Positions 11,701 through 19,400 of a DNA stretch of 64,000 bases are shown piece after piece (position 1 is the stretch's first letter; each line of letters starts with the position of its first letter). The position numbers and the translations under genes are program-made. Under the pieces are notes generated by a model. That model saw nothing but the letters and a program-made list of their open reading frames with translations, was not told the DNA's origin and did no database searches. Origin of the DNA: an uncultured virus (IMG/VR IMGVR_UViG_3300034062_002168) (Duplodnaviria > Heunggongvirae > Uroviricota > Caudoviricetes); the IMG/VR virus record IMGVR_UViG_3300034062_002168. One strand, 5' to 3'.

Positions 11701-14170
11701 AGGCTTCGCGGCGCTTCTCTGTCGGGAGGTCTTCGGGTATCTTGGATACGATCTGCTGGGATTCTTTCCACGCAGAGATGGTATCGTCAGCTTGGACTTT
11801 GCTGATCTTGCCTGATTCTACTTGGCGATTGAGTTGCTCCTGCATCATTGGCAGGTACTCGGGGTTCTTCAGCGTCTCTTCAAGCAACTCAAACTGCGTG
11901 TCCGTGGTTACTTCCCCTACGTTCTTCTTGGCTCTACGCGCGGCGGCGAGAGCAGGTATCTGACCCATAATAAGACCGCCCATACCTTCATCTGCCATGG
12001 ACATCACGGTGCCCTGAGCGTACTCACCCCATGACTTGGGTAGTTCAAACTTGCCGTCCTCTCCGAGGAAGCGGTTGAACATATCCTTTATCGCCACATC
12101 AGTGATGTACTGTACGCCACCTGTCTCTGCTTCGGAGATGGTCGATCCAGCAGAACGGATGACGTAGTTCATCACAGCGTCAGTGGTCTCGGCATTGATG
12201 ACAGCCTCGATCTGTTCCTTGGTTGCGTTCTTTGGTAGGCTGGCAAGTGACCGCGCCAGTAACTGTTTGACGAACGGGTTATTTGCGGCTAGGTTGGAGA
12301 AACCCATGCGCTCCAGTGCGGTTGCTGGAAGAGCAAGCAATGCTGCCATGGCGTTTTTCTCTCCCTCCGGTACTCCGTCCCACTCCTCGCCACGCATCTC
12401 TTCCTTGGCTTCAGCGTACACCTGAAGGAAGATGCCGGACATCATGGGCGTAGCCATGGCCGTGGATGACTTCATCAGCCCCAGCCAAGACCTTCCGAAC
12501 AGCCCCTTATTCATCTCGGCTTCGTACTCTTCCGTGGTGCCAGATCGCCACAGGTTCATACCAGCTTCTTTGAACGCAGGAATGATCTCGCGCTTCCACT
12601 CCTTAGCGAGTTGATCGCGGGATTTACCAGCCTCACCGTCAATGGTAGGCAGCATGGATTCCGGAGTAAGTCCAGCGATAAGGTCAATGCTAATTTCTGG
12701 AAACACAGACGCCATGGATAACACGCCCTCAACGATGGCGTTATGCGAGGCTCCTAAGAACCCACCTTGCTTGCTCTTCAGGTTGTACTCCTGAAGGTCG
12801 GCCTTCTGGTAATCTGCCTCAACAGAACGAGCCAAGTCCTTAATGGATTCGGCCTGCTTGTTGGCAGAAGCAACCATCTGGTTGTAGCGATCCACGTCAG
12901 CTTGATGCTGGGCTTGAAGCTGCGGGGCAATGGCTGGGTTCTCTGCCATCTGCTGCTGCGCTTGGGCAAGGTCGGATTCTAGTTGGACCCTTGCTTCCTC
13001 CAGCGCCTTCTTGTCCGCCTCCAGTCCAGCTTGCTGCTGCTGGATAAGTTGCATCTTCTGCGGTATCTTCTTCTTGAACTCCTTGACAGCAGCTAGGTCC
13101 ATGGGAGCGAACTCCTTGCGAAACTCCTGCTCTCCGGGAGTCATAAAGGTGTTGGTCTGATCCACGGCTACCGATGCCATGTCCGGCTCCTGCGTAATGC
13201 GGGATGCTCCGATCAGGTCAAGCGGCAGTTCTCGTGGAACGAACTTAGGCTTTGTCTGCCCCGCGCCGGGCCCAGCAGGAGATCCACCGGACGACCTTTG
13301 CCCGCTTGACACCGGCTCTCTAGATATATTAGAGTCATCCCTTCCATACTCAACAATAAGGTTGGGGCTGCTTTTCTTAAGAGAGTCGATTCGGTCCTGA
13401 AGAAGCGTAATGGATGGTCCGTTAAATGATGACGAACTTTCGGCGATGTACTTACGACCAGCGGTATCTGTGATCAGCATACCGATGTGATCCACACCCT
13501 TTCCGCCAGTTCGCATGAACACGTAGTCTCCGCGGGAAGCCTCCTCTGGCTTCAATGGTTTAGACTTTGATGCAATGGTCGCTGCCGACGTGTATAGTGG
13601 ATCGTAAGCCTTATCTCTGAACTTGTTAACAACGGCACACATAGCACCACTGCAATCCACCTCCTGATCCGTGGTGCTGCCCAATGACGAAATATTGCCA
13701 GTGCCTTTGGCTCCCAGTTTATACTTTTTGCCCTTGGTCAGAGATACAAATTCACGAACTAGTGGGTCGTCAGACAGGCTGTCAGTGTAATCCATAAACT
13801 CCCTGCCGGACTTGTCCTTAATAATGGCAGGTGGCGAAGCCATAGGAGCGGGCGGCGCCTTGAGAAAAGGGGGAGGTTCGTTGACTTGCTGCCGGGGCGG
13901 ATTAACCGGCTGAATTGCCTTGGGCTGCCCCGCGCCGGACCCAGCAGGCGAACTCCCAGCCACCGAAGTGGATGGTGAAACCATAGGCGCGGACGGGGCT
14001 TGCGTAAAAGGGGGCGCAGTCCGATCTACTTTATCGGTTGATTTGCCGCTACGCATCCGGTTAAGCGCATCAGATAGTGGATCAGCCGCTTGAGCAGGCT
14101 CCTTAGCTGAACGCAGTTTGGTAATGGCATCCTTCAACGGATCGCCACCTTGTACTTGTTCCTGTTCCAT
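2774..14170 (-). CDS. Giant (3798 aa) polyvalent virion/ejection protein: NlpC/P60-like amidase, HExxH zincin, DUF7178/glycosylase-like, GNAT, HDYFGH domain, possible ART-like domain, coiled coils
   Basis: Motifs DCSG...DHIG, AHEGTH, VIAALSPQ...KVRSFYNNI...TIDTHA, GELIGLF...LWAFDTYL, VHDYFGH...GEENAW; repeated KFS linkers; follows two probable ejection genes. Confidence 0.85.
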   Translation of the reverse strand: MEQEQVQGGDPLKDAITKLRSAKEPAQAADPLSDALNRMRSGKSTDKVDRTAPPFTQAPSAPMVSPSTSVAGSSPAGSGAGQPKAIQPVNPPRQQVNEPPPFLKAPPAPMASPPAIIKDKSGREFMDYTDSLSDDPLVREFVSLTKGKKYKLGAKGTGNISSLGSTTDQEVDCSGAMCAVVNKFRDKAYDPLYTSAATIASKSKPLKPEEASRGDYVFMRTGGKGVDHIGMLITDTAGRKYIAESSSSFNGPSITLLQDRIDSLKKSSPNLIVEYGRDDSNISREPVSSGQRSSGGSPAGPGAGQTKPKFVPRELPLDLIGASRITQEPDMASVAVDQTNTFMTPGEQEFRKEFAPMDLAAVKEFKKKIPQKMQLIQQQQAGLEADKKALEEARVQLESDLAQAQQQMAENPAIAPQLQAQHQADVDRYNQMVASANKQAESIKDLARSVEADYQKADLQEYNLKSKQGGFLGASHNAIVEGVLSMASVFPEISIDLIAGLTPESMLPTIDGEAGKSRDQLAKEWKREIIPAFKEAGMNLWRSGTTEEYEAEMNKGLFGRSWLGLMKSSTAMATPMMSGIFLQVYAEAKEEMRGEEWDGVPEGEKNAMAALLALPATALERMGFSNLAANNPFVKQLLARSLASLPKNATKEQIEAVINAETTDAVMNYVIRSAGSTISEAETGGVQYITDVAIKDMFNRFLGEDGKFELPKSWGEYAQGTVMSMADEGMGGLIMGQIPALAAARRAKKNVGEVTTDTQFELLEETLKNPEYLPMMQEQLNRQVESGKISKVQADDTISAWKESQQIVSKIPEDLPTEKRREAFDLLTQKAKLAKMDKALVGDKIAAIDAKLMKLAGVEPTAKEGDVKTEAPAPPQAPVPVSPEVRDEILRARQELGVDFDPLEDLPESVVITFGRVEDNIPVSAVDIEAASSWMYKKYKDVMSMRNDPNRLLTLDQIDSYAAQLGADIELLENHKQKLRDESEGVGAAQAANTKGATAPVSGTQATETKPQGRVAPTATQDQDSAKPKISWGAEVSLGRDRNGDLITQWEESDASKNPQTGKYRSENVQVLIEQHKDGYSVIVAPSIGDGKFLANKGASKDGFATAQEAEDHALRMIEAIEGRKKPQAPASTGGQMTVKSFADDIAAGKKMDSPEAVQFYENNKKEIEAELQRMAGPQKQAPQQAPVDPNDDAEITIDEEVADDPDALLEEAMGVPREVVSDEDIDAEMAKVSKATGAEVVGLDQDEYTEAVDKVGGDISQSLSGGFFMGRNGKIYINRDRFRRGVVAHEGTHAIIFNALLSGNPNGKAIISSSAKQALESSPKAKEALIDFLGYYGGAKKKEDGTVDIDATIADEGLAEEVMSEFVASIYNGTIKLDNAMRQFIRDMYNRIMAALGVSTKVEFKEDGDFIAAAKQIASAMKAGRKIETGKKAGGSGTGAGSKFSRLAARTPGTKARPYDHNLAAVDPAAVDMDAMSDKALNKAADMLAKYPGMRIGSGSAKTRIAKAIDRMVGNILYLHDSFPEDVRKLAKEWYVGANKVSLEWAKTYGVTPAQTAGVIAALSPQKDWFTNMSLAERVLDFVTNHRDHKWDSAMSDRAQKIKDDYTDKIGKAKKSLAKNPNNDKKRKELRSYESAVEKLDIAIPRISGKVYSDLTSGNDKAWFLRIWDEANNDPSFNQYLPTGEKTVIQRNKAPKPTKKNPDPVGVPSKIAWQNAKSIAAAIDIAENGTSIDVVSRGIGEAHKVRSFYNNIFDPSSPDFTTIDTHAMAAAMFLPLSGSSPITTAGFGGLSDSASGHSGLYPIYQRAYEIAAKQRGLLPREMQSITWEAVRGLFEKGQKAGAGSSASDVWKAMPSDPDGARAAVSDLFGGISTPGWMGSELQEADKPKFSKRQPDGSLNGLPRKFKVGGKEMEASHWKPAEDVAISYMKKAGLPYNPPSDYVEVDPDRAKRIADEYEKMKHDPENPEVAADFDALDTEVLAQYDEIIEKTGLDVEIMDPLSADPYNGNPWGSTVDIRDNNHVWVYPSDGGYGPFVRATPSDFSKALEAARASMGAKDRGQVSSLPKDFKGRLFLYSGGKAGFGIADDGELIGLFKSAGGPSGMMDQALQIGKGLGGTHLWAFDTYLASSYAKRGAKETERIKWNDEYAPSGWDKSTMGTPDVVRMDLDGVKDLKPLQKTGRFAGDHELTKQELFRMVHDYFGHVKEGVGFRANGEENAWRAHSSMLTPPAQRALTTLTRGQNSWVNYGPYGEKNRTAKSGETVYADQKIGLMPMWVSEDGRNDSVSEADKPKFSKATPGKNRVPQEHRDNLTDDGKGNYVFFHKGPAKLKGGKIDPAYFGTGKTKDNRSNPVMNYYTKPDQGERMIKGDVTYAVPVPKWKVYPLMSDPLDLYDKAEANFRKKFGKDQAFDAVRQADFIGPLAEKAGFDMMIAGWSMYPLRAESGKSLAPDAKLTKKYEEEGVVDLTKSVDPYYEKLMAKARADRDKQNAKEAKGFGGPKFSKKTPAEVRAGAEKVKAMTNEDRDNYDPSEDDNYEGYSLYEAEKLVPKPTEKPKRVTDSNSFNLWSDWHSVINVDGVVYGLTKYEDPDAISDEEDSAGFPKEYVWAYARMDDQLNVKSTVTNDVAELVSEIKGSSNIKFSGASPENIAKALIAKGYNTKAKAREYMVSKGADRMVDQVMAEFDKLRDAAAARKAAPPKQAPQKPVGEGVKKTFAGQRVYEGSFRDEVREEVRKLGLFREVESRAEAREKAKKLIESVGIDAAVDAVRNKDMEGGAAAFVWDEALRQLDNEIAESTDPTTHQELVAKQAEMVQEIGDMQLAAGRFNSAWGDILKNSDLGYHSEKKAKEWEDKFGERPSKEIMDGWRKRDEKLAELKKKIDAAEKREEEAQAKEAIQSIAESVIRENNRKKSGKYSSQAKRMADQFRTLKTKPIVILDADGNPINITKLGSALPFDWNELIEVGAKAIEKTGQVADAVTAMAEKLNKQKWFSSLDDRNKMAVMSQLEDAVKGASEGFGNERVKVPVAMIRNAVAAGIRDIDMLVSVIKEQIKDRYPDASDREIRDAITGYGKVVNMSKDEISVAIRRMKDIGRVASALEDIEKKMRPMRSGLQRDKLDAEQRALHNKLRDAMRDLPMDQAENDRVLKTALEAAKTRARNRIEDLQREIDTKERAERNQSGIVPDSELAALIKERDMLKEEHDRVFGKRVVTEEMRVKSALDSIRRSIDEYERRIADNELDPKKPTPVRETPELKIARQNLSKLRDDYKKLQDEAGVVDRRRTEAAKKATKKRIAELERRVADQDFSKKPVRKTIADDELTILRAEKERIKEQYDADFYKEMMRNRTTSQRLGDAGWEAWGVLRAVQSTLDLSFVLLQGGALTVSNMWRRPDVVASAFKNMFTAMNSEKKSEDWLRKIKAQPWYDQAKEAKLAITQPHAELTGREELFMSDWTRIAWAIAGSPLLLKSRAAHDKWVAANPFRALERGASAYLDTLRVERYLEGVKMLEARKADINGKEVTTQDYKDVADVVNTLTGRASLGALEGFSKGLTRMFYSPRMWASAIKTGTPYGLYHFGKMTPTARKMAVLDMGRFIGTTMGVVTLAAIALAGDDDDETYVETDPRSSDFGKIRLGDIRIDPWGGRVQQAVAMTRMTIGGISLFMDKPIDAYKRGDKTMPLGKGFGTPTMFDVGLTMAMNKLSPSASFLVEAARTTIGKDGKRYSKYDKDPYVFKDEFNERLMPLYVGTVGDLMQEDPGALEGFLSFYGLLGGGISVYGKKPKAKARPTGTTQRPARVPRRPE

Positions 14171-15804
14171 TATTTGCCCGATAGGGCGGCGTTAATGAGA
14201 TCTCTCGTGTCCTTTTTCTTCATCAACTCATCCACCTCTTCCGGCTTAATATTGCGACCGGGAGTCTGATTCAGGATGGATGCAACATACTCCTGAGGGG
14301 TGTCGAATCCGATCATGCGACGGTTGGCTACTTTGTTCTGTGATGCCGGAACGGATTTGACTTCGCCAAGGTTGGACGTATTGGTCACAATTTCCTTTAC
14401 CATATCGGCGTCATCCCCGCTCTGGGTGATCCTTGTAAGTTCTGCCTTTGCTGATTCTGTCAGAGACCTTCCTTGCCACTCCCATTTACCCTTGGATGGG
14501 TCGTACTTCAGTGATGGCATGGCGACCTCAACGGGATTGCCTTTCTCGTCCATAAGGGCCTCTCGGTAGATGGGCGTAACGTTCTTGCCAACGGTCTTCT
14601 GTGGCGTGATCACGGTTACGTCCTTTAATGTCGTTACGTCAAAAGGTCCAGTATAGGTTGAGTACCTAGAGATGGGCGCAGTGACCTGTTGTGCGTCAGG
14701 TTCTTTGATCACGCTAGCAACAGCCGACTGCTGGGGTGATTGCTGCTGGTTCACAATGTACTCTGGCGCGTAGTCCACACCCTTGAACTCCTTGTCTTCG
14801 ACGGTCGATATCGGGTAGAACGCCCTGACAAACTTCTTGGCCTCCTCCTTGTCTCCGTCGAAGTAGTCCTCAACAAACCGCTTGTCGCTCTCTACGTATG
14901 CATTGATGGCGCCCTCGTACTGCTTCGTCTCTTTTTTGGTCAGTACAATGTTGCCGCCTTCGGTCCTATCTTCAATAGTGGTGTTGGTGATGGTTTGCAG
15001 TGCGTTCTTCATCGAGTCACCGATAACCTCGTCCATGTACTGGATCTTCTGGATCTCTGGGACGGCCTGACGGGCAGTGTTGACGAAACTACCGGCATCA
15101 AGCGGAGCGCCATCGGCCCCGATCGGAGTCCTGTTTTCATCCACAGAGGCAGAGAACCTCATCATGGCCTCAAGAGCCTTGGGGTCCCTGATGGTAGCCT
15201 CTCCGGAGAAGTGCTTGGCAAGACGCTCGTCATTGATCGCCATCCACTTCTTGTTCTCTTCAGCCACGGCTTGAACATTTCGGCTCCACCCATCCCACAT
15301 CCTCTTGGCCTCTGGATTGGTGGCGATGTCACGGACAGCGGATCGGGTATCACCGTCGTGCATGGCGTCCGCATACTCCTTCAGCTTGCGATCCATCTCC
15401 GTAGTCGCATACCTGCTGTATGCCTGAGCATACCTAGCGTCCGGTGAACCAACCTTGGAGTACAGGTCGAAGTCAGCCACTTGTTTGTCAATGGCGGCTT
15501 TCCTTTGGGCCAGTGCCTGCTGTCGGTTGGCCAGTGCCGCAAATGGCGGCTGTACATTGACCGTTGGCACCATGCCGGTGTTGTAGTTGCCGCGACGAAC
15601 ATCTACCTGACCGAAGTCGGACTGAGACGGCTGTGAAGACCACTGCGGAGTGCCACCCTGCTGAGCACCGAAATCACCGGTTGGGTCCGGTACATCAAGA
15701 GCTTCAGGAACGTCTCCTGTAGTTTTTGTATCCAAATTAGTAGCCGCTATGCCAGAAGCTACAGCATCAGCATAGTCGATGGGCTGATTGGTCTGATCTA
15801 TCAT
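14170..15804 (-). CDS. Probable internal virion/ejection protein
   Basis: 544 aa, largely helical; lies between the Gly-rich ejection gene and the giant protein. Confidence 0.6.
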   Translation of the reverse strand: MIDQTNQPIDYADAVASGIAATNLDTKTTGDVPEALDVPDPTGDFGAQQGGTPQWSSQPSQSDFGQVDVRRGNYNTGMVPTVNVQPPFAALANRQQALAQRKAAIDKQVADFDLYSKVGSPDARYAQAYSRYATTEMDRKLKEYADAMHDGDTRSAVRDIATNPEAKRMWDGWSRNVQAVAEENKKWMAINDERLAKHFSGEATIRDPKALEAMMRFSASVDENRTPIGADGAPLDAGSFVNTARQAVPEIQKIQYMDEVIGDSMKNALQTITNTTIEDRTEGGNIVLTKKETKQYEGAINAYVESDKRFVEDYFDGDKEEAKKFVRAFYPISTVEDKEFKGVDYAPEYIVNQQQSPQQSAVASVIKEPDAQQVTAPISRYSTYTGPFDVTTLKDVTVITPQKTVGKNVTPIYREALMDEKGNPVEVAMPSLKYDPSKGKWEWQGRSLTESAKAELTRITQSGDDADMVKEIVTNTSNLGEVKSVPASQNKVANRRMIGFDTPQEYVASILNQTPGRNIKPEEVDELMKKKDTRDLINAALSGK

Positions 15805-15826
15805 TACCTACTGAGTTGGCAGACTA

Positions 15827-16477
15827 TCACTTAAACGAGTTGTTTAGACCCATCTTTGACCCACCGAACGGGTTCTTTATCCCACCCGCTAGGTCTGGCA
15901 CCATGGCCAAGGCACCTTGGAATGTGTTCTGAATGTTCTGGCGGGCGGATACGCTGCGCTCCAGTGCTTGGTTGCGTAGCTCCACCCTGCGCTGGTACGC
16001 CAAGTCCTCCATGCGCTGGGTCAGGCCCTGTTGCGCGGCCATCATCTGGTTTGCCCCCTGAGCTGCGCTTGCCCCAATGCTTGCGATGGCTTGGTTGGTT
16101 CCGGCCTGTGCCCTAAGCAGGTTGCCGACAACTCCGGGGCCACCAGCACGGCTGATGTTGGCCATGGTCTGTGCGCCAACATTACGGGCGTTGCCCGCTG
16201 CAAATGCAGATGACGAATCAGATCCCGTCCGGAACAGCCTCTCCTGCTGGCGCTGCCTATTAAGGAACGCCTCCATCCTTGCGCTGAACGGATCGGCCTT
16301 CTTCTCTGCGTTCTGGTAATCCTTCTCAAGCTGCTTGGCGCGCTTGCCTTGGCCGATGCCAGCGATGCCGCCAACAACGGCTCCGATGGCTGTTCCCCAT
16401 CCGGGGAGAATCGCTGTTCCGGTAGCAGCCCCAGAGACAGCACCACCGAAGGCTCCCATTCCGATCTCTCCTGCCAT
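15827..16477 (-). CDS. Probable ejection (pilot) protein with Gly-rich hydrophobic N-terminus
   Basis: GAFGGAVSGAATGTAILPGWGTAIGAVVGGIAG followed by Ala/Gln-rich helices; usual position after the tail gene in podoviruses. Confidence 0.7.
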   Translation of the reverse strand: MAGEIGMGAFGGAVSGAATGTAILPGWGTAIGAVVGGIAGIGQGKRAKQLEKDYQNAEKKADPFSARMEAFLNRQRQQERLFRTGSDSSSAFAAGNARNVGAQTMANISRAGGPGVVGNLLRAQAGTNQAIASIGASAAQGANQMMAAQQGLTQRMEDLAYQRRVELRNQALERSVSARQNIQNTFQGALAMVPDLAGGIKNPFGGSKMGLNNSFK

Positions 16478-16478
16478 A

Positions 16479-19400
16479 TCAGTGTATGTTTTGTAGCTGC
16501 GAAGATACAGCTAACAAGCTCTTGTAACCTTCTGTGCGCCAGATAAGTTCCACAAAGAACCCGTGTGATTGTGGTGGCCTTTCCTGTGGGTCGATACTGG
16601 CCGGTGAGCAGGCGGTGTGCTGCTCCCATCCATCGTACCAAAGAACCCAGTACTGCGCTTCGGCTGGGTTTACTGCTGCCGCTAGTGCCTCGTTCTGGAT
16701 CGAGAGCAGATTCATGCTTTCGTCGTAGATGCGGATCTCGTCAGGCTTGGCGTCAGCCAATGCTCCAGAAGGCGTGATCCTCCAGCGAAGGTGCTGCTTG
16801 AACCTGCCTATGTCGCCGAAGAAAGGTACCATGACCTTGGCCTCGCGGGTTAATCCGTTGATAGTGGAACCAACGTCCAAGTTATAGGTCTGAAGGTCGC
16901 GGAAGCCGTACAGTTGCTGGTCGTTGGCTAGGTAGGTGTCGAACTGGAAGGCGAACTGGTCGATCCACTCGTTGCGCAGCGCGTTGTACACGAACAGGCG
17001 TGGCGGAATGACGATGGGCGCTGGGATGACCGGCGGGTCAGGTGCGATAGACTGTTCGGAAATTCCGAACCACACCTCGTTGTCCTTGGTGTTATACAGC
17101 GAACCAACGTTCAGCGAGTAGTCGGTCGGGAAGTTCTGGAGTGTTTCAGTAAGAGCCGATAGGTATCGGTCACGGGAAATGTCAACGATGTTGTCGTTGG
17201 TCATTCGGTACACTCCCTTGCGGTCCATCCAGAAGAAGCTGTCAGCATAGCCAGATCCTATTGGCGCGTAAGCCTTGGCAAACATGCGCCACATCTGGTC
17301 CGGGAGGCCAATGTTGCTGGTGAGGACCATTTCATCGCCCCAGTAGTTGCTGATCTCCTGCGTGGATATCTGCTCACCGGAAGCCCCGGAAAGGATGTTC
17401 TTGTTGGTCAGGATACGACTTACACCCTTCTCGGTCCAAGCGTACATATTCCTGCCAGCCTTCTCTCCAAGTGCCGATGCGATGACCTTGATCTCGCCGT
17501 TCTCTTGGGAGAGCAGCTTGATGTTGGCGCTCAGGAATGTCCTCAACCCCGGTTGGTCCTGAGCTGCTGGATCCACCTCGTTTGAGGCGGCGATGGCGTT
17601 GCACAGGTCGCTGCGGTCCTCGTATCCAACCTCAGGCAGGCCGACAAAGGTTACGTTCGGCTGCTTGGAGTAGTCGTAGTTGTACGGAGCGTTTGTTGGA
17701 GAGTTGCGCCTGAACTGAATGCCTCCGTAGTGGAACTCTTCGGCCACGTTATACCCAAGTAGGTTGGTGTACTCTGTGTCAAACTGTGGGTAGAATCCAT
17801 TGGCCGCTCCACTCGAAAGGGACGTGTTGTAGAATGGCCTGATGATGTAGTTTGTGTGGATATGATCCACTCCTTCTCGTGGAGAGAATAGGTTCATCAC
17901 CGAGTTCACTCGGGTCTCGGCATCCCACATCACAGCAAGCTGTCGGAAGTTCCTGAACTGGAACACATCGCGCTGCTCGTTGAGGACAGAGCCTCCTCCA
18001 AATGTCCCATACGGTAGATTGTAATTGTTTGAGCGTATGATCCCCCACATGGGCATGGGAGGAGGAACTCCAAACAAGCGCACAGAACTTGCAGGCTCGT
18101 TAAAGAACCCATCGTATGGGGAGTAGACCTGCTTGGAGATGGTGCAATCCCCACCGAACACGCGGATGTTCTTGCCACAGAACTTCACGGTAAAGCGTGT
18201 TCCTTCTGGAGGGAGAACGCCCCCGGGTGCGCTGAATGAACCCAGTAGAATGGAGTAACCCACACCAGAGGAGAACTCCATGCCGAACTGAAGTAGCTGG
18301 TCGGATACCACCTGATACACGCCGTACACCTGAGTTCCATCAGGAGACAACCAGAATCCGTTGGCAATGATAGCGTCAATGACATCACCCTGATCCACGA
18401 TGGTGGTATTGGTCATGTTGACCCATGCGCGTTCTGGCAAGCCCGGTTCTTTCACCCATAAGTACCTAAGGCTGTCAACCGTGGTTCCAAGGACGTATGG
18501 GCGAACATCCTCAAGGCGCTCGTTAAGTAGGCGGAAGTTCACTACCTGTGGCGATCCTGCTGGCATAACACCTACCGTGGACGCCATCTTGATCGTGGTA
18601 CCGGTGTTGACGTATAGCTGCGTGGTCTGGTCGGGAACCTCCGCGCCGATACGCACGATGTTCACAGTGTATACTGGCTGCTGGAAGCGGCGGATCTCGT
18701 CAGAGTTCAGGCCGATGGCTCCATCCGTATTCTGCGAATCAGATGTATAGATGAACTGCCCAGTCTGGAGCCTCCAGTATGATCCACGGCCCTCAAGTAC
18801 TTCTTGGAAGTCGGAAATGTTGTACAGGACGTTGCCTTGGTCTGGGCTGGTGTTGAACGGTAGCTGCGAAGCCTGCCCATAGAAGTTGGGGTTGCGCCAC
18901 TTCCCGGGACCGATATAATTCCAACTAAGCGGCGAATCAGAGTTCGGTCCACGGGTATATCCATCTGCCGGTGCGAATACGTTTACCTGACCTTCGTCAT
19001 GCTGCACGCTGGCATACATGAGCATATCAGCGGCCTTGCCGATGTTTTCACTGTTTGGAATAAATGTCAGGGGTGCGTATCCGTAAACGTCCTGATAAAA
19101 TCCGAAGTACGATACTAGCTGCACCCTGTACGAGTCAGGGTTCTCTTGGATGTCGTCGATTGTGGCCTGACTTACTAAGCCTGCGTCGATGTCGGGGAAA
19201 TGAACACGAAGCGAATTGGCACTACGCTGCATACGGAAGCCCTCGTCGGCCGTTCCGTTGCGCATATCCCAGAATCCGAAACCCTGAGCAACCACGCGGT
19301 TTGCGGGCTGTGTTCTGGCCAGTGTAATAGCCTTTACATTAGACGGAATACCTGATATACCGTAAAGCAGTCCGCCCAACGCATGGTGTCGCTGATCGAA

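Noticed and set aside
2774..14170. Virion RNA polymerase as in crAss-like or N4-like phages
   Set aside because: No DxDxD-type (DFDID/DFDGD) catalytic motif seen; the recognisable motifs belong to other enzyme families
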